DNA of 64,000 nucleotides from Octopus vulgaris (GCA_951406725.2 OX597821.1:100812001-100876000), one strand, 5' to 3'; numbered from the stretch's first letter, positions 1 through 14,814 are shown. Numbers and translations: made by a program. Notes: generated by a model not told the origin, from the sequence alone.

Positions 1-2014
1 GAAGGTGCTTTTATTGGTTGTTCCAGATTCTTGGAACGGCAGTCTTTCTTTTAATCTAGAACCCCACATCATCTTAAAAAATAAAGGACACATTAAATAC
101 CGTATTCCTTGATCACCATCCTACTAAAAATGAAATACCCATGGTCAGAATGGTCCTTATAATAGATTGAACCATTCTAACTTGATTCGAACTGACTGGA
201 ACTATACAACAACAACTAACATGCAAAGAAGCAACGGAAATAAATATATAAGGTAATTAGTCATTTTTGGGTTTTTTGTTTTTTTTAGATTCAGACTAAG
301 GTCAAGGATATGATGACCTCCCGATATTGTCTTTAAACTATGGAGCTAACATTTTCTGCAATTGTCATGCATGTGAGCACTGTATACAATAATTACATAT
401 TTTCTGCTATTGTACTGCATGTAAGCACTGTAGACAATAATCGTCTTAAAACTATGGAAGGATATTCAACCAAAAACTGTTGGTTTTTCATCCTTGGATT
501 GATAGAAATATGCAGTGTTTCCAAGAAAACTATTGCATTTCACGTCATAAGAAGCAGAAGACCAAAATATTTGTTAGTAAATCAGTGCCTGACATATCTA
601 TGATATATTATTATGATACGTCATATAATAAACGAAACATCTTTTACGTTTCAAGAAAACCTATTTTCTGTATTTCTGAATTTCAGAAGAAGAAAAAACG
701 CAGCCAAAATACTGGTGTTTTTCCCTATTTGTATTTTAGTCATTTTGAATGTTATCGGAATTATGCGAAAAATATTTTTTCTTCGTAGTGTTTTATGGAG
801 TTTTGTAGTAGTTTTATTCTTCCTCTACATCTTATTGTTTATAGTTTTTGAAATTTGTATAAATTCTATCTCTTTTCAGACATGTGAGGTTGGCGTGCGA
901 AATAGAAAAAGAAACGAACGAATTTATCTCACAACCTTGTAGCTGCTGGCAATGTTATTATATGTAACAAATCCCATGCAATGAAACGCGGTTAGTTTTA
1001 TCATCGTATTATCGAATTTGCCTGAAGGAAATAAATACGTTTGTAATCTTTAGGCAAGTAGACGACACTGAAATATTCAAACAGGATTAGATGTGCAAAT
1101 CGTACCACAAGATACCAGTGTAATATTTACAACTGGTTGAGAAAAAACAGTATTACATTCAGCTCCTAACATAAAGTAAGTTTTGCTGATGTTTCATGCA
1201 AAGATCCAAGTGAAAACGAAATGATTTAAATCACTGGGTTTGGATGAGACTCAAGGGCGAAAAAAAACATGATAAAACTTGTATAGCTTGTATCAACTTT
1301 CTGGCACACACGTGTAGAAAACTATCGAAGTTATAGGAACATTCTAGATTGCAGATTCATCAGAGGTATTCACTATGTAGAAAGAGTTGTTCTTAATACA
1401 AATGTGTTATCTCTCACAGCGCTGAACTGCCATTGCCACAGGCAAAAAATATATATCCTGAAAAGATAGCGAATATCTATCAGTGAGAAAATGATATCAG
1501 CTTAAGATCTAAATAAATGGAAACCGAGAAACTAAATTCTCTAAAATACATAACATTGAGATAAACCAGCATGTATATTCAGAAAAAAAAAGAGAGAATG
1601 AGTGAAAACCTGGACAAAATATCTAATGTCAGTAACCGGACATCAACAGACGATAATTGCAGGACATCCTCTATTGACGTATTAAATTCCAACGCAAGAG
1701 GTGATCACAGACCAACTATCAATATAAATATCAACAACAGCTCTGTAAGATCGGGTGATAAAGTATAATAAACTGGCTTAACCCAAAATAGCTATAAAAA
1801 TGACAACAGAACGAAGTCGTAAAGAAAAAATTCATAGATACTCAGTAGAGAGCCGCAGGTCTCGAAGTAACTTTACGGTTCGAAAGACTTAAATTACTGT
1901 CGTGTGATTTGTAAAGAAAAGATTTGCAGCCGTATAAAAATGCAACAGAATTTACTCTGGGTGAGTTAAGAAAGTGTTATAATCCACATACACGAATATA
2001 TGGCTGTGTGGATA

Positions 2015-2425
2015 GGCGCTGGTGTGGCTGTGTGGTAAGAAGCTTGCTTTCCAACCACATGGTTCCGGTTTCAGACCCACTGCGTGATACCTTGAGCAAA
2101 TGTCTTCTACTGTAGCCTCAAGCCGGCCAAATACTTGTGAGTGGATTTGGTATGTATGTATGAACGTATGTACGTATGTATGTATGTACGTGTGCGTGTC
2201 TTTGTGTTTGCATTTGCCGCCCCCCACCCCATCACCGCTTGACTACCGGTGTTAGTGTGTTTACGTCCCCGAAAGCTAGCGGTTCGGCAAATGAGACCGA
2301 TAGAGTAAATACTAGGTTTAAAAAGCTAACTCCTGGAGTCGATTTGTCTGACTAAAAACTCCCTTCAAGGCTGAGCTCCAGCATGGCCGCACTCAAATGA
2401 TAGAAACAAGTAAAAGAATAAAAGA
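2015..2425 (+). mobile_element. tRNA-derived SINE family A (dominant family; internal TA/TG microsatellite; AAAAGART tail)
   Basis: Head GGCTGTGTGGTAAGAAGCTTGC...GGTTCCGGTTTCAGACCC, body CTCCAGCATGGCCGCA, tail AAGTAAAAGAATAAAAG; homologous to about 20 other full or partial copies in the window. Confidence 0.85.
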
Positions 2426-2584
2426 AGGTATGTATGTATACATATATATATATAAATACATAAATACATACATACATACTTACATACATACATACCTACA
2501 TACATACATACATACATACATACATACATACATACATACATACATACATACAAACATACATACATACATACATACAAACATACA

Positions 2585-2616
<32 letters not shown>

Positions 2617-2738
2617 CATATATATGCATACACATATACACATACATATAAATATATATCCGTACACCCACAACCACACATATAGATATGTATATTGATA
2701 TGTACATGCATGCATGTTTATTTATGTATGTATGTATT

Positions 2739-2769
<31 letters not shown>

Positions 2770-2895
2770 ATGTATGTATGTATGTATGTATGTATGTATG
2801 TATGTATGTATCGTCATGGTGGAGCGTTGAACTCGGCACATATTTTTCTCCGTTTTTCCTTTTCATTCTCTCTATGTTTTATTTTTCACTTAATC

Positions 2896-2931
2896 CTTGC
2901 TGTGGAAGAGCGTAGATTCGAAACGTAAAAG
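2896..2931 (+). ncRNA. minimal type I hammerhead-like motif, A6U core variant (decayed copy)
   Basis: cttg CTGTGGA a gagc-gtag-attc GAAA cg TA aaag; same family as 6809, 13298 and 47650. Confidence 0.5.
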
Positions 2932-3102
2932 ATTTCTCCATTATTCCCGAGCGTTAAACTAAGAGACTTGCGTGTTGTTCTTACACCTGTTTTCGCCTTT
3001 TGTTTTCTGTAAATTTGAATTGTGTCTTCTTCTATAGCCTCAGGTCGACCAAAGACTTGTGAGCGAATTTGGTAGACGGAAACTGAAAGAAGCCCGTTGT
3101 AC

Positions 3103-3168
<66 letters not shown>

Positions 3169-3659
3169 ACGTCCCCGTAACTAGCGGCCGATATAATAAG
3201 TACTAGGCTTACAAAGAATAAGTCCTCGACTAAAGGCCGCAGTCAAAATGACTGAAACATATAAAAGAATAAAAGAATATATATATATACGTATATAAAA
3301 TAATGAAGGCGGCATACGCAATATAAAACCGAAAAAAAAGGAAAACTTCAATAAGCATCAGTTGTAAGGGTGCTGGGTAGCCCCTAGATTGCTAGAAATA
3401 AGAGCTAAAAGGCCCATAGAGCCGAAGAAAGCACATTTTCATATACTGACATGGGAGATAAAAGCCCTGCAGGGAACGAGATCATTATACTATAGTTTTG
3501 TTTCGAGCGAGATCACTGTACTATAGTTGCATTTCAAACGATAGTATAATATAGTGATCTCGCTCGGTTTACGGCAGTTATGAATAAGTGGCTTTTTAGC
3601 TCTAATTTCTAGCAATGTAGGTCTTACCCTGCACCCCCAGTCACAACTAGTGACAACTG

Positions 3660-3733
<74 letters not shown>

Positions 3734-3737
<4 letters not shown>

Positions 3738-4019
3738 CAATAAAGGGTTTAGCAACGAATTGCCTTACCACAGACCGAATTTAGAAATAGCAGTCAAAGA
3801 GTTATAGCTATTTCTTCTACTAAAAAGGGAGATCTCAGTAAAAAACACAGCAATTGGAAGGCAGACACAAACAGGTTTGTGTTTGTGTCTGCCTTCCAAT
3901 TGCTGTGTTTTTTACTGAGATCTCCCTTTTTAGTAGAAGAAATAGCTATAACTCTTTGACTGCTATTTCTAAATTCGGTCTGTGGTAAGGCAATTCGTTG
4001 CTAAACCCTTTATTGCTTA
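3734..4019. repeat. perfect foldback palindrome, 140-bp arms, 6-nt loop, abutting (TA)n
   Basis: 3734-3873 is the reverse complement of 3880-4019. Confidence 0.95.
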
Positions 4020-4153
4020 GTATTACTTAAATTTTCCTCGAATGAGGCTTTTACATGCCGAAGACTACTTGGTGTAATTGATAATTATTCCAAATTAATT
4101 AATTTCACCCTTCATTATTACGGATATATATATATATATATATGTATGTATAC

Positions 4154-4210
<57 letters not shown>

Positions 4211-4213
<3 letters not shown>

Positions 4214-4345
4214 CGGAGATGTACTTGCATAGCGAGTGACTTGATCTGAGATCGTGTGCTGGAACGAAAACAATTGCAACGTGGAAGGTGTTTATAAGCC
4301 ATTTAAGGAACACGCAAAGCCGTTAGATTCACTTCAACATTTAAT
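4211..4345. mobile_element. partial copy of the element forming the 6979-7316 hairpin (putative PLE terminus)
   Basis: TTACGGAGATGTACTTGCATAGC...GTGGAAGGTGTTT...TTCACTTCAAC is the reverse complement of about 7188-7316; starts at a (TA)n tract. Confidence 0.75.
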
Positions 4346-5130
4346 TTCAATTTGTTCGAAATAAGCTTCGAAATGACTTATTTTTACTTATTAAATGTGT
4401 GCTTGCAGGTGTGCATACGTGCGTGTACTTTTAAATTCTTTTGAATTCCTAAAATGAGTACTTATTTCTATGCATGCATTACACATATACATAAATATGG
4501 TCGCTTGCATGCGTTGTAATCCACGCCAAAATTCCACAAACGTGTCATCTCCAGCAGAGAGATACACAGGAATACAGTAGAATACAGTGGAATACACTGG
4601 AATACACTGGAATAGATGGAATGGAAGAAGAGAGCAGCCAATGAATAGAAAGCATCCACTTTTCATTAGTTCTCAGAATTGAATGAAAGTAGTTATTTTA
4701 CATCTAATTTTGAATTCCTAATTTTAAATTGATGTCTTTTGCAGTATGTATTCACTTTTACATTGTAAGAAAAATAAGTTATTTATTATTAGGTGATTGC
4801 TAGCAGGACATATAATTGAATTAAGATCGTTTCGAAATATCAATGGTAACATTCTTTCTTTCTTTCTTTTCTTCCTTCCGTTCTTTCTTTAATTTCTATA
4901 CTCATCTTTTTTATTTTTATCGTTTAAATTTTTGTTTTTTGTTTGGTTTCTACTTTTCATTTTAGGTATTTGACTTTTTTATTATCAGTTTTAAAAATAT
5001 ATAGAGAGAGTGCATCTTAAAAATAGGGTTTTCGATGTGTGTATGCATGTTTTGGTATTATTCCTTTTTATATGTACTTGCATGAGCTTTTATGCATATG
5101 TACACCTTGCTTTGTGCATATATAGGTATA

Positions 5131-5180
<50 letters not shown>

Positions 5181-5296
5181 AACATATGTATATGCAGATA
5201 TCTATATATGCATATGTCTATATTGCTTTGTGCATATACAGAAATGTGCACATATATATGTGGGGGTATGTGTAATTATATAATATATATATACAT

Positions 5297-5335
<39 letters not shown>

Positions 5336-5565
5336 GAGAGGGAGAGAGAGATACATACATATACTGTTACTTTTCCATACTTGTATTGGGCATTTATAAA
5401 TATACTACACACACACACACACACACATGCACGCACATACGTCGTTGAATTCGCCGCCCATTCATTCATTTTTTTTAATGTTAACTGAATCAAAATTATT
5501 TTTTCCTTTTCTCTTGGTATGTGTTTTTGTGTGCGTGTGTGAAAGCATATATATATATATATACA

Positions 5566-5792
<227 letters not shown>

Positions 5793-5909
5793 TTACTTTA
5801 TATACGGATATATATACGCATATCTATTTTCCTTGTGCATTTACAATGGGTTCACAGATACTTCAGTGTAGCTAAAGGCGTTCGCGTATGTGTGCTTGAG
5901 AGAGAAAGG

Positions 5910-5952
<43 letters not shown>

Positions 5953-6174
5953 AGATACAAAGAGAGGAAGAGAGAGTGGTAGAGAGGGAAGAGTGAATGA
6001 GAAGCATGTGAATGAGATGTGACATTAAATTAATGGAACAGAAGGGCATTTATACATACCATTGTTCCAATTCTAATAAAGAACATACAAACAAAACGGT
6101 GAAGAAGTAGTTTAGTTCTAAATTTTGCCTGATCGAGCAGACCTATGAAGAAATTGTTCCATTAACGTTTAGTT

Positions 6175-6719
6175 CAGGGGTCACCAAACCTTTTTCACGG
6201 CGGACCAGATAACTAAGTGAACGCCGAGCTCGGGCCGCATAACCTTTTTGTTCAATACAATACAGTGAATACACAAAAAATAAAGACAACCAACATATTT
6301 ATTCACCAAAAAGTTATCAAAGAAGACGACGTTAGCAATAAAGTGGCTATATCACCCCCAGTGCGCACATACCCGAATCTCACAAACTAAGCAGCAAAAA
6401 GGATTAGTAAGATTTGTGAAACTGGTGTTTAGCTTTTAAGATATCATCAATATTTGCTTTGGAATTGCTGCATCCATCCAAGAGAATTGCTTTGGAATTA
6501 CTGCATCCAACCAAGAGAATTGCTTTGAAATGTTCCTCAGTCAAGCTTGTTCGATGTGCTGACTTCACATACGTCGTTTGTTCACAGTCATAAGTTGTTC
6601 CAAACACTGATGCCATACCTGAGGCAAATGAACTTTTATTACAGGTATTTACACAAACGGTACAATGCAACAGCGGGCCGGATGAACTGACTTCGCAGGC
6701 TATAGTTTGATGACCCCTG
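6175..6719 (-). mobile_element. non-autonomous hAT (Charlie/SPIN-like) element with transposase C-terminal remnant
   Basis: TIRs CAGGGGTCACCAAAC / GTTTGATGACCCCTG; degenerate 8-bp TSD GTTTAGTT/GTCTAGAT; minus ORF 6404-6670 has SVFGTTYDCEQ..YVKSAHRTSLTEEHF, matching the hAT dimerization motif (FGSTYxCE..KS..RS.LT.EHL). Confidence 0.85.
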
Positions 6720-6808
6720 GTCTAGATAGAAAGAGAGAAAAAGAGGGAGGGAGAGGGGAAGGAAGAGGGAGATAGACACTTGGCACTAGGGAAAATTTTT
6801 TTTAAGTC

Positions 6809-6842
6809 TTTTACGTTTCGAGCCGACGCTCTTCAACAGAAA
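6809..6842 (-). ncRNA. minimal type I hammerhead-like motif, A6U core variant
   Basis: Minus strand: ttt CTGTTGA a gagc-gtcg-gctc GAAA cg TA aaa. Confidence 0.55.
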
Positions 6843-6912
6843 TGAATAAGAGAAAATAAGCAGAGAGAGAATAAGAAAGACTTGTAAAGTTCAGCGATCC
6901 AACATGGCGAAT

Positions 6913-6974
<62 letters not shown>

Positions 6975-6978
6975 TTAT

Positions 6979-7316
6979 AGCGTGGAAGGTGTTTGTAAGC
7001 CATTTAAGAAACACACAAAAGCCATTTGATTCACTTCAACTTTTAAGTCTAATTTGTCAAAATATTTTCGTCGCTAAAATCCGCGACCTTTTCACTGACA
7101 AAAATCCGTGCTGCATCACGGATTTTTGTCAGTGAACAGGTCGCGGTCTTATAGCGACGAAAATATTTTGACAAATTAGACTTAAAAGTTGAAGTGAATC
7201 AAACGGCTTTTGTGTGTTTCTTAAATGGCTTACAAACACCTTCCACGCTGCAATTGTTTTCGTTTCAGCACACGATCTCAGATCAAATCACTTGCTATGC
7301 AAGTACATCTCCGTAA
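6979..7316. mobile_element. foldback element (arms about 6979-7110 / 7117-7249), putative PLE pseudo-LTR with inverted partial copy
   Basis: Near-perfect inverted arms with a few mismatches, centre CCGTG-ctgcat-CACGG, flanked by (TA)n, contains a hammerhead motif. Confidence 0.8.
7125..7175 (+). ncRNA. minimal type I hammerhead motif, G3:C8 covariant core
   Basis: tttgtca GTGAACA g gtcgc-ggtcttata-gcgac GAAA atat TT tgacaaa: 7-bp stem I, 5-bp stem II, palindromic AATATT stem III. Confidence 0.7.
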
Positions 7317-7324
7317 TATATATA

Positions 7325-7726
7325 TTCTTTTACTCTTTTACTCTTTTACTTGTTTCAGTCATTTGACTGCGGCCATGCTGGAGCACCGCCTTTAGTCGAG
7401 CAAATCGACCCCGGGACTTATTCTGTCGGTCACTTTTGCCGAACCGTGACAGGGACGTAAACACACTAGCATCGGTTGTCAAGCAATGCTAGAGGGACAA
7501 ACACAGACACACAAACATATACACACACATACATATACATATATATATATATACATATATACGACAGGCTTCTTTTCAGTTTCCGTCTACCAAATCCACT
7601 CACAAGGCATTGGTCGGCCCGGGGCTATAGCAGAAGACACTTGCCCAAGATGCCACGCAGTGGGATTGAACCCGGAACCATGTGGTTGGTTAGCAAGCTA
7701 CTTACCACACAGTCACTCTTGCGCCT
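7325..7726 (-). mobile_element. SINE family A, near full length
   Basis: Reverse complement of the family A consensus including tail TTTTACTCTTTTAC and head ending GCGCC. Confidence 0.9.
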
Positions 7727-8197
7727 ATATATATATATATATATCAAGGGTTGAACATAAATAACGCAACAAGGAGAATTAGTCGAAAGTAGAGCAAACA
7801 GAAAACTAGACGAAAACTTAATGGACAGTAAATTTGGTCAAAACACGATACACGGGATATTTGCAGCTAATTTTTCCTCCTCGGTCAATGACCCGAAATA
7901 TCATAGTGGTTTGGCGCCATTTAACATTGAGACCACTCAATTTTGGAGACGCCAGTGTGCTTATCAAGCTCTGGGAAAAAGCTAGCCAATGTATGCTAAG
8001 ACAGAAACAAACAAGACATTATATAAATACAGCAAAGAAGTATGCATATATAACAGCAAGAAACTTTTCAGCAGAAGAAAAAGAATAATTATACATGTAC
8101 TACAAATACACAACAGAAAGAGCTTTGCAGCTATCGAACGAACTTAGTGGGATGGCGCAAAAATGAAATGGAAAATTCTAGAGGACGGATCAGGAGC

Positions 8198-8318
<121 letters not shown>

Positions 8319-8821
8319 TATATACATGAAGAGCACAAATTACATAAGCGTACTGTTATCTATCATCCCGTTGCACATTCAGTGGGAAACCGATTGGTAA
8401 GATCAGCTGTAATGGCTATATAATACTACATACTTCGATTAATATATAAATTTGTGTGTCTGTGTGTCTGTATGTTTGTGTATGTGTGTACATATACGTG
8501 TGTATATATACGTTAATGCACATACGCGCGCACGCATACATTTATACATGAATGTTTGTATCTAAATGTGACCGTAGGAGCGCGTACGTGCATGAAAATT
8601 TAATAAGAAATTTAGAGTATGTTTATATGAATGCGTGTGTGTATGAACATATGTATGCGTTTGTGTTGTGTAAAACGGAGAATGACATGTGTTTTATATT
8701 TGGTATATAAACGTATGTGTGTATTTGTATGTGTGTGAAATGCTCTAAATGTATGTGCGAGGAATAGTAAGCTAGACAGAGAGCGGAAGAAAAAAATTGG
8801 TTTTTGTGCGTGTTTGTGCGT

Positions 8822-8868
<47 letters not shown>

Positions 8869-8877
8869 TGTGTCTGT

Positions 8878-8927
<50 letters not shown>

Positions 8928-9329
8928 TTAAAATTAACTTTAATCAAAGAAATGTATTTGTGGTAGTAGAAGTGTATCTGCTGTGAAGTAAAAGCGTTTT
9001 TGATTGCGCTCTAATGTCTGAAATAGAATTTAGTGACTTTAACGAGTGTAAGTGTTAAAAATTAGAGGACATCTTTATTCAAAGATGATAAATCGATTTC
9101 ACTGAGAGTACTTCACCCTTTGACCCTATCTCCAACGTCGAACAAAGAAGCAGAAATAACAATAAACGCTGACATTAACATTGAGATCAAATAACATAGA
9201 ATGAAAACCATCAGGAATGTAATGAAGACATTTGAAAGCTGATTGTATGAGTTTTATTCACGTCATGCTTCCGTTTAAATCTTTAGGTTCCCCACACACA
9301 CACACCTGATCCTGGTTCTAATCATCTAT

Positions 9330-9680
9330 CGATCCATCCATCCATTTTTTCGCCTGGGAGGACCATGGGGTCAGAGTCCTCAGGCAACTCCTCCGCAAAG
9401 GCCCTATCAGAAGCAAACTTTCCAGCTGGATCCCCAAGCGTGACCAACAGAGGTTATGGATATTGTCCATTCAATTCGTTGTTCGCCAACCGCCAGGTAT
9501 CCTGCCGCTTTGCTCGGCTTGAAGAATCTGTCTTACGATTCTTTCCTGCAGCATCCCAATCGAAACTGTGGCCTTTTGATGTATAGAAGTAGCAGCTTGA
9601 CTTGAAGAGACTCCTTGATCTCCGAGCTACGCACCCTATCAAGTAACCTCACTCCAGAGATCCTTCGAGTTTGGAGAATT
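9330..9680 (-). mobile_element. RTE-clade LINE 3' remnant
   Basis: Minus-strand RRISGVRLLDRVRSSEIKESLQVKLLLLYIKRPQ resembles the RTE post-RT region; ends in a (GGAT)n tail (ATCCATCCATCC on plus). Confidence 0.7.
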
Positions 9681-10339
9681 CTTGATTCTTGAGATTGTCT
9701 CCTCACATCATGTGGAGCTGATGTCAATTGCCATTTAAGATACATCCTCTAGCGGATGCGATAGTTTTAGTGAATCAAGAATTATTGTTGTGTGGTATTT
9801 GACATACCTGTATTAGTCTTTGTTCTTCAAATACTCTTACTTTGTTTAATACACACACACACAAAGGGGTAAAATTGCAGGGATCTTTTAAACGATAACT
9901 GACGAAGAAAGAACAACGTCCCGTCTCGTGTGTGGATTTTCTATGTGTTCCTTTGTTGTATTTCTGCTAAAATTTTGGAACTATATCTTTTATCTTTTAT
10001 TTGTTTCAGTCATTAGACTGCGGCCATGCTGGGGCACCACCTTGGTGAATTTTTAGTCGAAAAAAAACGAATTAAACGACTTCAGTATTTATTTTTTAAA
10101 CTTGGTGCTTATTTTGTCGTTTGTTTTGCAGAACCGCTAAGTTACGAGGACGTAAACACACCAACACCTTTTGTCAAGCAGTAGTGGGGGACGAACACAG
10201 ACACAAAGACGCTCACTCACACACACACACACACACACGTACATATATACACACACACACGTACATATTTACACACACACATATATATGTAATTATATGT
10301 ACTTATGTGTGTAAGTATATATACATGTGCCTGTATATG

Positions 10340-10465
<126 letters not shown>

Positions 10466-11346
10466 CATGTGCACATATAGTTATATATAACTATGTGCGC
10501 GCGCGCATTTAAAAATATCTTACATGTGTGGCAGCTAATAATGTCTCAGAAAAGCGGTGAAAAACCTAATAAAGCTGGGGTTTATTACATTTGTCCATTC
10601 ATGCAGTGAGTTGTTCTTTGCAGAAACAAAAAACTTCGAGATAAATGTGGTTTGTGTAAAATAAAAACTGAAAAAATAAATCTGTCAAAGCAAATCTTTT
10701 ACTTAAGGTCGACCGGTTAAAAATATTTCCAAGTTTGTAACATTAAATAATATACGGTAATCCAGTGGATTTTCGGTATATCACTAAAGACTTCTTCACG
10801 AATGAGATAATTCAATGTAAAATGATGTATTTGAATTGCTTATCACCGTTTCCTTCATTCTGACTCACGCAAAACTATGATTTATGCGCAGCAAATTAAC
10901 GAATTTCTCATCAATCAATATACAGCAATTGTACTGATTACATAAGTGACATTTTCTTCGTGTTAATATCAATTTACTACTGAATGCACCGGGCTATTGA
11001 GAATTATGTACCTACACGAACATCATAGGATTGTACCGCCGGTTAAACACACAAACCCTCAATTACTAGGACGTCATTTTGTTGACTCAATTAGTTTGAC
11101 CATCTTATGTTCCAAGCTTTATAAAAATGTGAATGTCACGTGACACTTAGAAGAGCTGATGCTTCATTTGTTACAAAAGGGCTCAGTCAGTGGCTTGAGT
11201 GATTTATAAAAATTAAGATGTAAGGCTTTATATAATCTATATTAACTATTGAGTTTCTTAGGAAATTGTTAGGCGCAATTACAACTTATAAAACTAAACA
11301 ATAGTTTTATCTTCTCTTCTCTCTCACTCGCTATCTATCGCTCTCG

Positions 11347-11412
<66 letters not shown>

Positions 11413-11429
11413 ATATATATATATATGTA

Positions 11430-11521
<92 letters not shown>

Positions 11522-11637
11522 CATACATATATATATATATTTATATATGTATATATATATATACAGAAATTCGGGGTGAGTACTTGATAATTATAAGCAC
11601 CTGTGTATACCGTTTGGTGGTGTAGGTGGTGGAGTAA

Positions 11638-13175
11638 ATTGATCAAAATAAAAACATGATGCTAAGGATTCAGCGGTACATATGTTTCGGGCCTTTATTA
11701 GACAGATTTATAACAATGCATAATGTATGTCTGTGGCCTTCTTCAGCCGCGCACAACAGCTTCCACAAGGACATGTGTTACATCAAAAATTCTTGGTTGG
11801 GGATGCAAATCCTCTCATTCGCGTACGACATAATGCGGCAACAGCATAGAATTGAAGCGACCATCTCTTTCTTCTCTCAATGTAGAATGAGGAAATTTTG
11901 ATGTTGAAGTAATGTAAATAAATTAATAAATAAATACATATATAGACGTGAAGGAACCTGGTAATAAGAGTAAATAGGGGTAAAGATGGAGGGGCGAGGA
12001 TTCAGGACGAAGGATAAAAAATATATAAAAAGTGTAAGTATAGAAAAATATAAAAATGTAGAGTATAAAGATATAAAGAGATATAAGGAGATATAAAGGG
12101 GATATAAAGAATATAAAAAAATATAAATGAATATAAAGGTATAAAGTTATAAAGTAAGAATAGAAATAGAAATAAAAGTAAAAAAATAAAAGTAGGAATA
12201 AAAATGATAAAAAATGTAAAAAAATATAAGGATAAGGGATGTATAGTGGTTACGGACCAAACATGGTGGTCAGGAAGATGACAAAATTTAGTTGTAGAAG
12301 TTTTGGGTGTCAATAAATCAACAGGGGCGTCTGGGGACCTAGTGTATTGTAAATCAGAGCTGTTGGGCAGCTAATCTAGTTCCTTTGAATTAAGTGGTCA
12401 TCTTGTACATACATACCAGCATGGATACATACACCCATGTACACGCGCACATATACGCGCGCATACACAGCTCCAAGCATATAAGCATACATACGTACTC
12501 ACGTGTAAACATGTACAGAAACACATATACACCCACACACATGCATCCACACACACCCGTAACCACTATGCATCCCTTATCCTTATATTTTTTTACATTT
12601 TTATCATTTTTATTCCTACTTTTATTTTTTTACTTTTATTTCTATTTCTATTCTTACTTTATAACTTTATACCTTTATATTCATTTATATTTTTTTTTAT
12701 ATTCTTTATATCCCCTTTATATCTCCTTATATCTCTTTATATCTTTATACTCTACATTTTTATATTTTTCTATACTTACACTTTTTATATATTTTTTATC
12801 CTTCGTCCTGAATCCTCGCCCCTCCATCTTTACCCCTATTTACTCTTATTACCAGGTTCCTTCACGTCTATATATGTATTTATTTATTAATTTATTTACA
12901 TTACTTCAACATCCAAATTTCCTCATTCTACATTGAGAGAAGAAAGAGATGGTCGCTTCAATTCTATGCTGTTGCCGCATTATGTCGTACGCGAATGAGA
13001 GGATTTGCATCCCCAACCAAGAATTTTTGATGTAACACATGTCCTTGTGGAAGCTGTTGTGCGCGGCTGAAGAAGGCCACAGACATACATTATGCATTGT
13101 TATAAATCTGTCTAATAAAGGCCCGAAACATATGTACCGCTGAATCCTTGGCATCATGTTTTTATTTTGATCAAT
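11638..13175. repeat. long inverted duplication, about 618-bp arms and 300-bp spacer
   Basis: 11638-12255 is the near-identical reverse complement of 12557-13175; identical ORF text on both strands in the track. Confidence 0.95.
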
Positions 13176-13297
13176 ATATATATATATATATATATACAAC
13201 GGGAAGCTTTATGAAAATAGACAAAAGACGAAGGCAGGTGGAAAACAAACGAACAATTGTATTAGTATGGCGCTCAGGAAATATAAATAAAACAAGT

Positions 13298-13333
13298 CTT
13301 TAACGTTTCGAGCCTACGCTCTTCAACAGAAAG
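13298..13333 (-). ncRNA. minimal type I hammerhead-like motif, A6U core variant
   Basis: Minus strand: cttt CTGTTGA a gagc-gtag-gctc GAAA cg TT aaag; all three stems intact. Confidence 0.6.
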
Positions 13334-13401
13334 ATACACAGAGAGAAAAAAAACACAGAAAGAAGGAGAGAAAAAAAATGCGTGCAGTAGCTAACGAATC
13401 A

Positions 13402-13708
<307 letters not shown>

Positions 13709-14126
13709 CGCGGGCATGGCTATGTGGTTAGAGAGATTGCTTCCTAGCTACATGGTTTCGGGTTCAGTCCCACTGCGTGGCACTTTGGGTAGGTGTCTTC
13801 CACTATAGCCCCATGTGTGTATATGTGTGCGTATAGCTGCTCAGTGCCTCTCCGAAAGAGAGAGAGGGATATATACATCTTTGCAGCGGCCAACCTTGCG
13901 CACCGCCTTGAAGTGTTTAGCTGAACAAATCGATCACACCACTTTAGTAATTATTCTATAGATCTCTTTTGCCGAACCTCAAAGTTACGAGGTCGCTAAC
14001 ACCACCATCACCAATTGTTAAGTGATGGTGGAGGACAAACACAGACACAAAGATACGCACATAGATACACACACACACATACATACATATATATACATAC
14101 ATACATATATATACATATATATATAC

Positions 14127-14199
<73 letters not shown>

Positions 14200-14474
14200 A
14201 AAAATTTTACAAAGACAACAGAATGTTCGTAGCTTATTTCTCATCAGTCACCGTCCAAAATATCATTTCAATGTCGCGCCGTTAACGTTGACGCTGTACA
14301 CTTATAGTCGCGCCAGTGGTGAAAAGCCACTGGGAATAGCTAACGAATGTACAGGATAATGGCGAAAACAAACACAACAAAATAAGACGTACATATACAA
14401 AAAATAAAGCCGTGTGGCCGCACGACAGACAGATGCTTTCGAACCTTGAGTCGCTCTGTTGCTTCTACTAAATA

Positions 14475-14511
<37 letters not shown>

Positions 14512-14514
<3 letters not shown>

Positions 14515-14741
14515 CTTTACTACCCACAAGGGGCTAAACACAGAGGGGACAAACAAGGACAGACAAAGGTATTCAGTCGATTATATCGACCCCAGTGCGT
14601 AACTGGTACTTAATTTATCGACCCCGAAAGGATGAAAGGCAAAGTCAACCTCGGCGGAATTTGAACTCAGAACGTAACGGCAGACGAAATACGGCTACGC
14701 ATTTCGCCCGGCGTGCTACCGTTTCTGCCAGCTCGCCGCCT
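14512..14741 (-). mobile_element. tRNA-derived SINE family B
   Basis: Reverse complement reads GGCGGCGAGCTGGCAGAAACG..GAGTTCAAATTCCGCCGAGG..GCCTTTCATCCTTTCGGGGTCGATAAATTAAGTACCAG..; other copies at 21422, 37150-37570 and 48595-49718. Confidence 0.85.
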
Positions 14742-14814
14742 TCAATATATATATATATATATATATACACTCATATTTTGAGTTGTATTTTTCTTGTTTG
14801 CACCAACATGCCTA

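Noticed and set aside
349-444. Two diverged 51-bp tandem units within ORF 340-603
   Set aside because: Simple local duplication; the ORF has no recognisable protein features.
3905-3955. CTGAGA...GAAA-tagcta-TA inside the perfect palindrome
   Set aside because: The core is one nucleotide short and stem I is unconvincing, so it was not called as a ribozyme.
10750-10805. Hammerhead-like GTGAAGA...GAAA-atccactggat-TA on minus
   Set aside because: 3:8 mismatch (G-G), weak stem II and no stem I; at best a decayed remnant.
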